A stretch of 64,000 bases of DNA from a virus, in the IMG/VR virus record IMGVR_UViG_3300042868_011225, positions 32,001 to 96,000 of that record, one strand, 5' to 3'. The notes below the pieces were generated by a model. The model made no database searches, was not told the DNA's origin, and was given only the letters and a program-made list of their open reading frames with translations. How positions within the stretch are numbered: the first letter of the stretch is position 1; every line of letters starts with the position of its first letter. The translations under genes were made by a program, and so were the position numbers. Shown here in pieces: positions 32,771 to 42,935 of this stretch.

Positions 32771-33094
32771 ATGAAGACAATATCATACAAAAATAGGGAA
32801 CGATTAGTTAGAGGTCAATTGCAAGATTTTAATGACCTGCCAGAATTTGCTAAAGAAAATTTTATAAAAATAAAAAAATTTTTTGACGAATACTATGGCA
32901 AATCAGTTGATGTATATGTTTGGGGTAGTTTCCATCATGGTTTTTGGGATGAATTTTCTGATTATGATGTACTTATATATGAAAGTAACAATAGTGTTAA
33001 TTTCACGGGGTTAATTCAAAACGCTTTAGGTATTAAAGTTGATGTTTTAATTCAAAAAATAAAATTGGATTATTATAAAATCTTAATCCCTTAA
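32771..33094 (+). CDS. Minimal nucleotidyltransferase (MNT, Pol beta superfamily)
   Basis: VYVWGSF..G....SDYDVLI and KVDV; start moved to ATG 32771, just after the previous stop. Confidence 0.75.
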   Translation: MKTISYKNRERLVRGQLQDFNDLPEFAKENFIKIKKFFDEYYGKSVDVYVWGSFHHGFWDEFSDYDVLIYESNNSVNFTGLIQNALGIKVDVLIQKIKLDYYKILIP

Positions 33095-33109
33095 CTAATA
33101 TTTATAGAT

Positions 33110-33352
33110 ATGCCACAATTAATTAAAAACATACAAGCAAGTGTAAAGCCATATTTTATAGGGAACGTCTATTGTATAACAAATATAATAGGACAAATTC
33201 AGCAAGAGGATTATATCAATTTACGTGGTTATACTGCGTATTTACAAAACCTTATGCAAACAGAAGATACTCAATCTATTATCAGTCCATTAAGTTATGG
33301 GTTAAAAAATTTAGATAATATAGATATGCTTACATTACAAATAGACTACTAA
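33110..33352 (+). CDS. Small hypothetical protein
   Basis: 80 aa, preceded by ATATTTAT-N4-ATG, TAATG coupling to next gene. Confidence 0.6.
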   Translation: MPQLIKNIQASVKPYFIGNVYCITNIIGQIQQEDYINLRGYTAYLQNLMQTEDTQSIISPLSYGLKNLDNIDMLTLQIDY

Positions 33353-34824
33353 TGAGATACCAAGAAAAAATATACGTACAAAACAACAATAGTGCTTTGA
33401 GAAACAGAAATGATGTTAATATTAACATGTCTTCTGATATCTGTGTATTTAATGCACCTTTGTTTAATGTAAGTGGTGCAACTAAAATAAATTGTACTGG
33501 TTCAACTACTGGTGGTACGTATGTAATAAGTACAGCTACTACAATACCTTTAAGTTTTGATTTTACGGGAAATACTAGTAGTTTTTTAACAACCAATGCA
33601 AAATTTAAATATGAAATTTATCCATATTTAGATTCAGTTAGTTCTTTTGATAACACACCAGTTTATAAGTCAGATAAGATAGAATATTCAACGTTTAGTG
33701 GTACAAACAGCACAATACAAGACATACCAATAAGTGGTTTGTCTTTAGATGGTGAATACTTGATTAAAGCGTATTATGATTTTACTATTTGTACTGATTT
33801 TATCAGCAGACTTGGAAAAAATATCGATACATTATTTTATAAAACTGGTAATGAGTTTGGTTTATATGATGGAAATACTGATTATTATTTTAAAGCAATA
33901 AAACAACCTGATAAACCTTTATTTTATCTTAATGGTACAAATAATCTACCATCAAATTCATTACAACAACAAACAATTTTAGGTAAAGAACCAGTGATTG
34001 AACTTGATGAAGATGGTAATGCATTACCACCAAAACCATACAGAACATTTGCTATAAATGGTTATTCTGGTACTTTTGTTGTAACATTAAATGGTTTGGT
34101 GTTGGCACCTATAGAAGACTACACTTTTTCAGGAACCGTAGTAACTCTTAATGATGATATTCTTCCTGACGATATAATTACAGTATTACATACTGCTAAC
34201 GGTGAAGGAAATAGTTTAATGTCAGACAATATTTTTGTTAATGCACCAACAATAAGTGGTAATACGGGTAGTGAAGGTGAGAACAAATATTATTATAACA
34301 ATGATTCTAATAAATTTGAAATATATACTAGTGTGGAACCTACTGACTTTAGTACAGTTATTGTAATGATTAATGGTGTAACACTTGCAAATCAAATCGA
34401 TTATTATCAATCTACTTCTAATAAAAAAAGACTTATATTGGAAGGTGATTTAGTTGTTGGTGATGTTATCACTATAGCATATTTTCCACAAGCTTCAGTA
34501 GTAAACGGTATTGTATCAACTAACCCATTGGTAAGTTTTTCAATAGAAACACCACCACAAAAAGCGAATGGGTTATTTACGTTAGAAATTAGTGATACAG
34601 CATTGTTTGATAATACAGTATTTACTGCGTCAACTGATTATTTAATTGGAATAACAACATACGGAATTCCATTTAGTGTTAGTGGAAAAGTTGGGACTCA
34701 ATTATATTATAGAGTTAAAAATGAGAAAAATTACATAACATTTTGTGGTAATTCTATAAGTGCTGCAACATATAGCGATACTATACCAATAATTATTCAA
34801 ACAAATTCTATTAATAGTTATTAA
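33352..34824 (+). CDS. Putative tail/baseplate protein with two repeated beta domains
   Basis: VTLNGLVL...DY...DDIITV and VMINGVTL...DY...GDVITI. Confidence 0.6.
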   Translation: MRYQEKIYVQNNNSALRNRNDVNINMSSDICVFNAPLFNVSGATKINCTGSTTGGTYVISTATTIPLSFDFTGNTSSFLTTNAKFKYEIYPYLDSVSSFDNTPVYKSDKIEYSTFSGTNSTIQDIPISGLSLDGEYLIKAYYDFTICTDFISRLGKNIDTLFYKTGNEFGLYDGNTDYYFKAIKQPDKPLFYLNGTNNLPSNSLQQQTILGKEPVIELDEDGNALPPKPYRTFAINGYSGTFVVTLNGLVLAPIEDYTFSGTVVTLNDDILPDDIITVLHTANGEGNSLMSDNIFVNAPTISGNTGSEGENKYYYNNDSNKFEIYTSVEPTDFSTVIVMINGVTLANQIDYYQSTSNKKRLILEGDLVVGDVITIAYFPQASVVNGIVSTNPLVSFSIETPPQKANGLFTLEISDTALFDNTVFTASTDYLIGITTYGIPFSVSGKVGTQLYYRVKNEKNYITFCGNSISAATYSDTIPIIIQTNSINSY

Positions 34825-34880
34825 TATTATTTACTATTGTATATTTATTATTAAAATAAAGATAAAACATATTTATAAAC

Positions 34881-37019
34881 ATGAGTTACATTATAAACAG
34901 CACAAACCCTTTTGTTAGTATAAAACTAACAGAAATTGGTAGACAACTATTAGCATCAGGACAGCTAAATTTTTCTTTTTATGGAATTGGAGATTCCGAA
35001 ATAAATTACGCTAGGGAATCTATCGTTGATGCTAACCCTACTAGTCCAATATTATCAGCAACAACTAGAGTACTTAGACCATTTGACCAACAACCAAATT
35101 TAAAATATTTCATTACTCCTAGTAATGATTTAACACCTTATAGACCTTTAACAAATGCTGATAAACACGTAATCAAAGCAGTTGTAAACAATCAAGCAAA
35201 AGAAAGAGGGTTTTTTGATAGTTATGGTGGAACATATAAAACACTTACTGGTGCTACGTATACACCGTATGTTCAAACATTATTTAATACCAAATTAACT
35301 GGTGGAACTACATTAGATTTAAGTGCAACTACAGCATTTTCTGTGGGTGATTTAATCCTACTTAAAGTTACCAATACAAAATTAGGTAATATAGCTTCCG
35401 ATGAATCAACAAAGGCAATACCTAATTTATGGTTTAAAATTCAAGATAAAACAGCTACAAACGTAACTCTAGATAGAAAATTACCTAATTATTCAGCTCA
35501 AACAGTTACATCACAAGTTATTGTTTACAAGGGTGGTGAAGTTTATAACACGATAGCAACAGGTAACACTACAGCTTATTGGGATACAGGTACTCTTTCA
35601 TTCCAAGCCAACGATAATATAACATGTCACGATATTCCAGTTTGGAATATGAATAATGTATGGAGAGAAAACCCAGCAGGTATTAGTGATTTAGTTACCT
35701 ACGAAGATTTTACTAAATTTGGTTCTTATCCGTTTTTAGGTTTTATGTATCCTTACAGTGAATATCTTCCAGACGTATCAGATGATACAACAACAAATTA
35801 TTGCAACACCAACGGTGTTAGTTATTTAGATGGTGTTAAAAAATCTATATCTATTGTTCATTTTACAAACAATAGCATATCTAACTTATATGGTGAATAT
35901 TTATACATTGATGCAACTAAAAACAAACAAGTTGAAGTATTTTTACCAGAATTGATGTACCATAGAAGAAATTACAGAACAGCTAGTGGAACAACTATGG
36001 GTATGAAATTTATTGCTTCAGGACGTACAAAAACAATAGGAACTAGTAGTATTCAATACATCGATTTATTGGAAGATTCTACTATGATATCTTCAGGGTT
36101 AACTGCTACATCAGTTGGAAAGGTTTTCCCACAATTAAAATTAATAGTATTTGATAATGATGAAATTGTTTCTGCATTATCATATAAATCAAATAGAAAC
36201 TGGACACTTCCAGAATTGTCAGCTAATTTATCAGCCCCAAGTGGTGGAACTTCAACAGGTGTATTAAATGTTAACGAAACAATGTACTTAACATATAGTT
36301 TAGAAAATATTAACAGCGTAAGTGGTTTAACTACTAGTATTCCATGTCAATCATATGTTAAAATTACCAATTTAACATCAGGACCTAAAGATATCGATTT
36401 TAGATTAATAGGTACAGATTTATTGCCGTATATGCGTAAAATTGAATCGGCTAATTATGATGGATACGGTTTCCATGCACGTAATTTTAAATTGGTTTAC
36501 CAAAAAGTTTCTGACCCTTCGATTAGACCAGCTACAAATGCTTGGAAAACTTTTAATTTTACATCTACCGCAATAACTGGTGTTGCTGGTCAAACAATTG
36601 ACCCTAAATTATTAGAAAATCAAACACCAGTAGTTAATGGCTTTGTTTTAAATAAAATAAATGATGCGTTAGCAACTACATTCGATATTACAGCATCGAT
36701 GTCAATGGCACCAAATGTTGATTCTAGTATCTTACAATTTGGTGATGAAAGATTATTCTACGGAAATATAAACACTTATATTGGTGCTACAATTTACAAA
36801 ACGATATTTGATATCAGTGTAGATTCTGGTTTATACAACGCCACATCCAATCCAACTAGAAGCAAAGATGCGGCAACAAATCCAGCTAACATTAAAATAA
36901 GTGAAGTTGGTATTTACGATACAAATAAAAATCTTGTATGTATCGGAAAACTTAGCAATCCAGTTGCTTTATTACCTGGAAGTAGTACAATAATGTTAGA
37001 ATTAAGCATGGACTTTTAA
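34881..37019 (+). CDS. Tail fibre-attachment/collar-like structural protein
   Basis: N-terminal KLTEIGRQLLA..GIGDSEINY and C-terminal ISEVGIYD..LVCIGKL resemble a tail-collar fibre (DUF3751-like) domain. Confidence 0.6.
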   Translation: MSYIINSTNPFVSIKLTEIGRQLLASGQLNFSFYGIGDSEINYARESIVDANPTSPILSATTRVLRPFDQQPNLKYFITPSNDLTPYRPLTNADKHVIKAVVNNQAKERGFFDSYGGTYKTLTGATYTPYVQTLFNTKLTGGTTLDLSATTAFSVGDLILLKVTNTKLGNIASDESTKAIPNLWFKIQDKTATNVTLDRKLPNYSAQTVTSQVIVYKGGEVYNTIATGNTTAYWDTGTLSFQANDNITCHDIPVWNMNNVWRENPAGISDLVTYEDFTKFGSYPFLGFMYPYSEYLPDVSDDTTTNYCNTNGVSYLDGVKKSISIVHFTNNSISNLYGEYLYIDATKNKQVEVFLPELMYHRRNYRTASGTTMGMKFIASGRTKTIGTSSIQYIDLLEDSTMISSGLTATSVGKVFPQLKLIVFDNDEIVSALSYKSNRNWTLPELSANLSAPSGGTSTGVLNVNETMYLTYSLENINSVSGLTTSIPCQSYVKITNLTSGPKDIDFRLIGTDLLPYMRKIESANYDGYGFHARNFKLVYQKVSDPSIRPATNAWKTFNFTSTAITGVAGQTIDPKLLENQTPVVNGFVLNKINDALATTFDITASMSMAPNVDSSILQFGDERLFYGNINTYIGATIYKTIFDISVDSGLYNATSNPTRSKDAATNPANIKISEVGIYDTNKNLVCIGKLSNPVALLPGSSTIMLELSMDF

Positions 37020-37020
37020 T

Positions 37021-38229
37021 ATGGGATTTAATAACACAACACCGTCAATTAACTTAGTAGCTAAGTTAACACCTTTAGGTAGAAAAAGATTAGTTTCTAC
37101 CAATAATGCTTTAATAACATCATTTAGTCTTGGAGATTCAGATGCCAATTATAATGCAGCATTTTCTTTGAGTAGTGGAGATATTCCAGCATTGGCTGGT
37201 AATATTGGGCCAATGAATTCAATTGGTAATGGAGTTACAGATAATGTATATTTAAAAAGTTTACTTTATGTAAATAGAAATGGTATTACGAAAAAAAGTG
37301 TTGAAAAACAATCTTCAACTGTTGTAACTGAAATGATATCTAATGGTTTTACTACTGTTAGTGGTTCAAATATAACTAGGTTGGTTATTGATAGAAATAC
37401 TTTTAGTACAAATAACCTAGTTAATTTATATTATTCTTTTGGATTACCTTTAAATTCAAACGCTGATAACACATATACAGCTACAACTAACACTAATGGT
37501 GGTTATAGTGACACTGCGTTTAGCGGCTTAGCGGCTACCAACATTGCAGTTTTTGGAATTAACAATGCAACATACGGTGAAGTTATAGATGGTAAAAGTA
37601 TTAAAATGGTTGTACCAACAACAGGTGGTACTTATACGATTTATAGTACATTCCAAAATAAAAATATCCCATTAACTACTGAAGATGCTAATTATTATGA
37701 TAAATCAGTTAATGCTCAAGTAATTGAAACCAACGTAGCGTTTTTATTTTCTGATGATATTAAAAAACCTAATGGTAATCCAACATCATCATGGGGAACT
37801 GGATGGAATACAAATAAACCATTTAGTCTTAACGGAAAATCATTATTTAATTTCCAAACCAATAGCAACTTGGCTCTTACGGCTGATACTATTGTTGGCG
37901 TTGCTTATTTAGATAAAGGTATTATCGTATTAACGCACCCAACAATTATTAACAACATGGGTGTATTAAGTACTGGTGCTACAACTGCTAGTACAATAAC
38001 TTTTAATAGTGTATCAACAGATATTTATCAAAACGTTACATGTATTGCTGATAGAGGTGAATTTGGTACGTCAACAAATTCAACAATAGGTTCTACTGAT
38101 AGCCCTAGAATTAGTGAAGTTGGGTTATACGATGATTTAGGTAATCTTATTGCGGTGGCTAAAACTGACCGTCATATTGTTAAAAATGTTAATGAATTTA
38201 TTGCGTTAGGCATAAAAATTAGTTTATAG
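37021..38229 (+). CDS. Paralogous tail fibre-attachment/collar-like protein
   Basis: KLTPLGRKRL..SLGDSDANY and ISEVGLYD..LIAVAK. Confidence 0.6.
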   Translation: MGFNNTTPSINLVAKLTPLGRKRLVSTNNALITSFSLGDSDANYNAAFSLSSGDIPALAGNIGPMNSIGNGVTDNVYLKSLLYVNRNGITKKSVEKQSSTVVTEMISNGFTTVSGSNITRLVIDRNTFSTNNLVNLYYSFGLPLNSNADNTYTATTNTNGGYSDTAFSGLAATNIAVFGINNATYGEVIDGKSIKMVVPTTGGTYTIYSTFQNKNIPLTTEDANYYDKSVNAQVIETNVAFLFSDDIKKPNGNPTSSWGTGWNTNKPFSLNGKSLFNFQTNSNLALTADTIVGVAYLDKGIIVLTHPTIINNMGVLSTGATTASTITFNSVSTDIYQNVTCIADRGEFGTSTNSTIGSTDSPRISEVGLYDDLGNLIAVAKTDRHIVKNVNEFIALGIKISL

Positions 38230-38276
38230 TATTTATTTTTTAGAATTCTGGTTTAGATTTATATAAAAATTTTTAT

Positions 38277-38915
38277 ATGAAGAAAGAACCAGAATTTTTA
38301 TTAGCATTAGACGTATCTACATCTACTATTGGTATTGCATTATTTGAAGATGATGGGACCAAAGGTGTTTTAAAATTACTTCACCATGTTAGTCCTAAAG
38401 TAAAACCACTTCCAACTAGTAAGATGGAAGAATTATTCCGCAAGGTAGAAATTTTTGAAGAAGAATTTCTTAAAAACTACGCAAATTTTAATATCACTAC
38501 TGTTGTAATTGAAGAACCTCTTTTACAATCAAATAACGTTTATACAATCGCAACCCTTTTACGATTTAATGGAATGATATCTAAATCAGTCTATGACACC
38601 CTAGGGGTCGTTCCTAGCTTCATTTCTTCATATGATGCTCGTAAGTATGCTTTTCCAGATTTGATGGCTGTAAGGACCTTTAAAAAGGATGGAACAGAAT
38701 TAGATGCAAAAGCAATAGCTAAAAATTCACCAGTTCTTTTTGGAGCACATCCATTTGATGTTGATAAAAAATATGTTCTTTGGGAAAAAGTTGCTGAACT
38801 TGAACCACAAATCACTTGGTTTTTTGATAAGAAAAACAAACTTAAAAAAGAAACATTTGATATGTCAGATGCCTATGTATGCGGCTTGGCATATTTTAAT
38901 CAAAGAAACTTGTAA
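38277..38915 (+). CDS. RuvC-like Holliday junction resolvase
   Basis: LALDVSTSTIG, VVIEEP, DMSDAY acidic RNase H-fold residues. Confidence 0.75.
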   Translation: MKKEPEFLLALDVSTSTIGIALFEDDGTKGVLKLLHHVSPKVKPLPTSKMEELFRKVEIFEEEFLKNYANFNITTVVIEEPLLQSNNVYTIATLLRFNGMISKSVYDTLGVVPSFISSYDARKYAFPDLMAVRTFKKDGTELDAKAIAKNSPVLFGAHPFDVDKKYVLWEKVAELEPQITWFFDKKNKLKKETFDMSDAYVCGLAYFNQRNL

Positions 38916-38941
38916 ATATAAAATAATTATTCGTACCTTTG
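38910..38941 (+). promoter_or_regulatory. Bacteroidetes-type promoter TTG-N21-TACCTTTG
   Basis: Directly before primase ATG 38946. Confidence 0.65.
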
Positions 38942-38945
38942 CGGA

Positions 38946-39902
38946 ATGAGTAGTTTATTAGTTAACATATTAGAGTCATTTTTAGGTGACCACAGAAAAC
39001 ACAATGAAGACACAGGACAAATAGCGTTTGATTGTCCTGTGTGTTCTGCTGAAAAAAACTTACCAGATGGTGATGGAAAAGGAAACCTAGAAATAAACTA
39101 TAATAGAAATATGTTTAAGTGTTGGGCTTGTCCTGATACCAACCACATGCATGGCCCAGTAGTTAAGCTACTTAAAAAACATGCAACACCCAAAAACCTT
39201 AGAGATTATTTACTGGTAAAGCCAGATGCTGACGTTATGCTTAATAGTGAACGTGAAGAAATAATCGTTACTCTACCAGAAGGTTATCAAAAATTATCAG
39301 AATGTACTGGAAAAGAGTATAACTACTATGCCGCTATAAATTATTTGAGAAGCAGAAAAATCAATGATTCTATTATTAAAGAATTTGATATTGGGTTTAC
39401 AACCAAAGGACCTTTTTATAACAGAATAATAATACCATCTTATGACATTGAGGGTAAATTAAATTATTTTATTGCTAGATGGTTTCCTAAAGAATATAAT
39501 AAGTTAAAGTATATCAACCCTACCGCTGAAAAACAAGAAATTATCTTTAATGAAGGTAAAGTTAATTGGGATGCAACAATTTATATTGTGGAAGGTGTTA
39601 CCGACCATATTGTTACACCAAATTCAATCCCATTGCTAGGTAAATTCATATCAAATAAATTAATTGAACAACTACATGACAATGCACAAGGTCTTATCGT
39701 GATACTACTTGATGGTGATGCTTATGAAGATGCTAAAATACTCTACAGAAAATTAAGCTTCGGTGATTTGATGGGTAGAATTCGTATTTGCGTACCACCA
39801 GATGACTATGACCCATCAAAGATATTTGAAAAATTAGGTAACGGAGGTATTGTGAAATTACTAAAAAGTGCACATAAATTAGGTCCTATGGATTTTTATT
39901 AA
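38946..39902 (+). CDS. DNA primase (zinc finger + TOPRIM)
   Basis: CPVC..CWAC, YLRSR, RIIIP, KYINP, VEGVTD, LDGDA. Confidence 0.9.
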   Translation: MSSLLVNILESFLGDHRKHNEDTGQIAFDCPVCSAEKNLPDGDGKGNLEINYNRNMFKCWACPDTNHMHGPVVKLLKKHATPKNLRDYLLVKPDADVMLNSEREEIIVTLPEGYQKLSECTGKEYNYYAAINYLRSRKINDSIIKEFDIGFTTKGPFYNRIIIPSYDIEGKLNYFIARWFPKEYNKLKYINPTAEKQEIIFNEGKVNWDATIYIVEGVTDHIVTPNSIPLLGKFISNKLIEQLHDNAQGLIVILLDGDAYEDAKILYRKLSFGDLMGRIRICVPPDDYDPSKIFEKLGNGGIVKLLKSAHKLGPMDFY

Positions 39903-39909
39903 AATTATG

Positions 39910-39940
39910 TTGTTATGTTGGTAATTATTTAGTAAGTTTG
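39910..39940 (+). promoter_or_regulatory. Bacteroidetes-type promoter TTG-N20-TAAGTTTG
   Basis: Upstream of ATG 39953. Confidence 0.65.
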
Positions 39941-39952
39941 CAAGAAAAATTT

Positions 39953-40735
39953 ATGAGTTTAGCGAAATTATGGGAAGGCCCAGTCTATTTAGAGCCTATT
40001 GAACACAAATACCATCATAGAGTTACTGGTAAGATATATAAATCAGTAACTACCACATTATCATCTATTGAACCACACTTTGATTCAGAAGCTGTGTCTG
40101 CGGCTATTGCCCAGCAACAAGATATTAACAAACAAGAACGATATATCGGTTTAACACAACAAGAAATACTAGATTATTGGCAAATGCTTAATGATGAAGC
40201 CAATATTTACGGTACTATGGTGCACGATATTGTTGAACGTTATTTATTGGCTAATAAATGGTATTTTCCAGCCGACAATGAAGAAGGTCAATTTGAACAA
40301 AAAGTAATTGATGGTTATAATTCCTTGGAAATTGATGAAGGTATTGCTGTATGGCCAGAACGTATTCTTTTTTCTGAAGAATATGAATTGGCTGGTATGT
40401 CGGATTTAATTATCGATATCGATGATGTTTATTTCGATGTTCTTGACCACAAAACCAATAGAGTATTCAATTTCTTTAATCCTTATGGATATGAGACACT
40501 ACACAAACCATTTGACCACTTACAATCGTGTCAATGGTCGATATACACGCTACAATTAAGTGTTTATGCTTATATGTACGAATTAGAGTTTCCAAAGCGT
40601 AAATGTCGTCAAATCGTCATTTTATATTGGGATAAAGTAAAAGAATCATTCGAAAAGATTCATGTAATGTATTTGAAACATGAAGCTAAAAAGCTAATTG
40701 AAATGCATCACTATAACATAATGAAAAATAAATAA
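39953..40735 (+). CDS. PD-(D/E)xK exonuclease (lambda-exo/Cas4-like)
   Basis: SVTT, GTMVH, E..AGMSD..LDHKT, YTLQLSVY; start moved to the first ATG. Confidence 0.8.
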   Translation: MSLAKLWEGPVYLEPIEHKYHHRVTGKIYKSVTTTLSSIEPHFDSEAVSAAIAQQQDINKQERYIGLTQQEILDYWQMLNDEANIYGTMVHDIVERYLLANKWYFPADNEEGQFEQKVIDGYNSLEIDEGIAVWPERILFSEEYELAGMSDLIIDIDDVYFDVLDHKTNRVFNFFNPYGYETLHKPFDHLQSCQWSIYTLQLSVYAYMYELEFPKRKCRQIVILYWDKVKESFEKIHVMYLKHEAKKLIEMHHYNIMKNK

Positions 40736-40741
40736 ATAAAT

Positions 40742-42121
40742 ATGAACGAACAATTTTTAGTATTACCAGAACTGGTCAAAGAACAACAAATTGCAAAGGT
40801 GGTTACTAGTAATGTTGAGCCAGATGTCTCAATGTTAAATGAGGAACAAAAAGAGATATTTGATAAAATTACCAATATTCCATTGCGTACTTTTTCTCAA
40901 AGTCTTTTAACTGGTTATTCAGGAACTGGTAAAACCTTTTTAGTAACAAAAATAATTGAAGCTATTCTTTACAAAAACAAAAGCATTAGAATAGCGATTA
41001 CTGCACCAACCAATAAAGCGGTGAGAGTATTAAAAAACCTATCTTCAATTTGTGAAACACACTCTAGAGTAGAGTTTAATACGCTTCACTCATTGCTTGG
41101 GTTAAAAAGAGTAATAACTCATGAAGGTAAAGAAGAATACAAAGCAGAATTTGGTGGTGGGACTATTGACGAGTTTGATGTTGTTTTGGTGGATGAAGTA
41201 TCGATGTTAGACAATGAATTATATGAACAATTATTAGATAGTTCACAATACAACAAAATTGTATTGTTATTCATTGGTGATAGAGGGCAAATACCACCAG
41301 TAAACGGTGGTGAATCTAGATTATTTACTGAAGAATTGGAAAATAATTTTAATTTAACCAAAATCATTAGACAAGCTGGTAATAACCCAATTATTCAAAT
41401 TGCACAGAAAATTAGAACCAACGAAGAGATTAAAGAAGAAACTTTAGTTGATGAGGAGAATAATGGTGTTATCTTTTTGAAGATAAATACCGAAATGCCA
41501 TTATTAGAGAAGTATTTTAAATCAGAAAACTTTAATAAAAACCCTAACTTTGTTAAGGTCTTAGCGTGGACCAACAAAGCTGTTGATTATTACAATGATA
41601 AAATCAGAGCAATGATTTATGGTGATAAATGTGGTATTTTAAATATTGGTGAAAAAATGGTTTGCAACAAACCAATCACGGATAGTAAAAAAAGAGTTTT
41701 ATTGAACAACAATGATGAGTTTGAGGTTCTTTCATATGAAATGAAAACTGAAACAACTGGTTTTAGATTTTCATACTATGCTGTTAAAGTTTTATCGAAT
41801 GGTACGACACATGTAATAAAATTACTGGCAGAAAAATCTGAAAATGCTTACCAAAAAGAATTAAAAATATTAAAAGATAAAGCAGCTAAAGCACCACCAA
41901 TGTTAAGAAGAAATGCGTGGGTTAAGTACTTCAATTTATTGGGTAAATACGCTGATGTGAAATATAACTATGCTTTAACGGTTCATAAATCGCAAGGTAG
42001 TACATTTGATAATGCTATCGTAATCAATTGCGATATCAAACGTATTATGGACAAAAAAGAAAGAAATAAGCTTTTGTATACAGCTGTAACTAGAGCAAAA
42101 AATAAATTATTTGTAATATAA
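40742..42121 (+). CDS. SF1B helicase, Dda/RecD-like
   Basis: GYSGTGKT, APTNKA, TLHSLL, VDEVSM, GDRGQIPPV, IIRQ, TVHKSQGSTF, YTAVTRA. Confidence 0.9.
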   Translation: MNEQFLVLPELVKEQQIAKVVTSNVEPDVSMLNEEQKEIFDKITNIPLRTFSQSLLTGYSGTGKTFLVTKIIEAILYKNKSIRIAITAPTNKAVRVLKNLSSICETHSRVEFNTLHSLLGLKRVITHEGKEEYKAEFGGGTIDEFDVVLVDEVSMLDNELYEQLLDSSQYNKIVLLFIGDRGQIPPVNGGESRLFTEELENNFNLTKIIRQAGNNPIIQIAQKIRTNEEIKEETLVDEENNGVIFLKINTEMPLLEKYFKSENFNKNPNFVKVLAWTNKAVDYYNDKIRAMIYGDKCGILNIGEKMVCNKPITDSKKRVLLNNNDEFEVLSYEMKTETTGFRFSYYAVKVLSNGTTHVIKLLAEKSENAYQKELKILKDKAAKAPPMLRRNAWVKYFNLLGKYADVKYNYALTVHKSQGSTFDNAIVINCDIKRIMDKKERNKLLYTAVTRAKNKLFVI

Positions 42122-42933
42122 TGATAAAAAAAGTAGTACATATAGCCGATATCCATATCAGAACAATGAGGCTTCATGATGAATACAAAACTGTATTCAT
42201 CAAGTTGTTTTCAGACCTAACTGATTTGTTAGCTGATTATAAAAGAGAAGAAGTGAGAATAGTTGTTGCTGGTGACCTTGTTCATCAAAAAATTGTTATT
42301 TCTAACGAACAATTATTGTTAGGGACATGGTTTCTACGTAAACTAGAAGAATTTGGTTCTGTGGTTGTTATTGCAGGTAATCATGACCTTTTAGAGAACA
42401 ACAAAGACCGTATGGATTCGATTACTCCAATGGTTCAGTTCTTGCCAGATAAAGAAATAAATTATTTCAAGGAATCTAAGTGTTATTTGGATGATAATAT
42501 CGTATGGTGTGTTTATTCAATCTTTGAAGAAAACAAAAGACCAGATATTGAAGCGGCCAGAGCACAATTTGGTGATGATAAGTCATATGTTGGGTTATAT
42601 CACGCTGCCCTTATGAATGCTAAGACAGATATTGGGTATGAGATTGACCACGGAGCTGGGTTAGAGATATTTGAAGGGTGTGATATGGTAATGCTTGGTG
42701 ATATTCACAAAAGACAAACATTTAATCATAAAGGTACGGTAATTGCGTACCCAAGTTCATTGATTCAACAAAACTTTGGTGAGAATGTTACCAAACATGG
42801 TTTTTTACTATGGGATATTGAAACTAAAACATTTACAGAACATGATGTTGAAAATAACTCACCGTTCTATCAATTTAAAATAAAATCCCTCGAAGATTTA
42901 GATGAAGGGAAAGAAGTAATAACAAATTTATAA
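42121..42933 (+). CDS. SbcD/Mre11-like (gp47) metallophosphoesterase nuclease
   Basis: HIADIH, AGDLVH, AGNHD, LGDIH, YPSSLIQQNFGE. Confidence 0.9.
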   Translation: MIKKVVHIADIHIRTMRLHDEYKTVFIKLFSDLTDLLADYKREEVRIVVAGDLVHQKIVISNEQLLLGTWFLRKLEEFGSVVVIAGNHDLLENNKDRMDSITPMVQFLPDKEINYFKESKCYLDDNIVWCVYSIFEENKRPDIEAARAQFGDDKSYVGLYHAALMNAKTDIGYEIDHGAGLEIFEGCDMVMLGDIHKRQTFNHKGTVIAYPSSLIQQNFGENVTKHGFLLWDIETKTFTEHDVENNSPFYQFKIKSLEDLDEGKEVITNL

Positions 42934-42935
42934 TT

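Noticed and set aside
13021-38229. Bacterial contractile injection system (eCIS/T6SS) locus
   Set aside because: It is embedded among phage replication, sigma and lysis genes with phage-like gene packing; no bacterial housekeeping context
39953-40735. Cas4 of a CRISPR system
   Set aside because: It lacks the four-Cys Fe-S pattern and any cas context; it sits in a replication/recombination cluster
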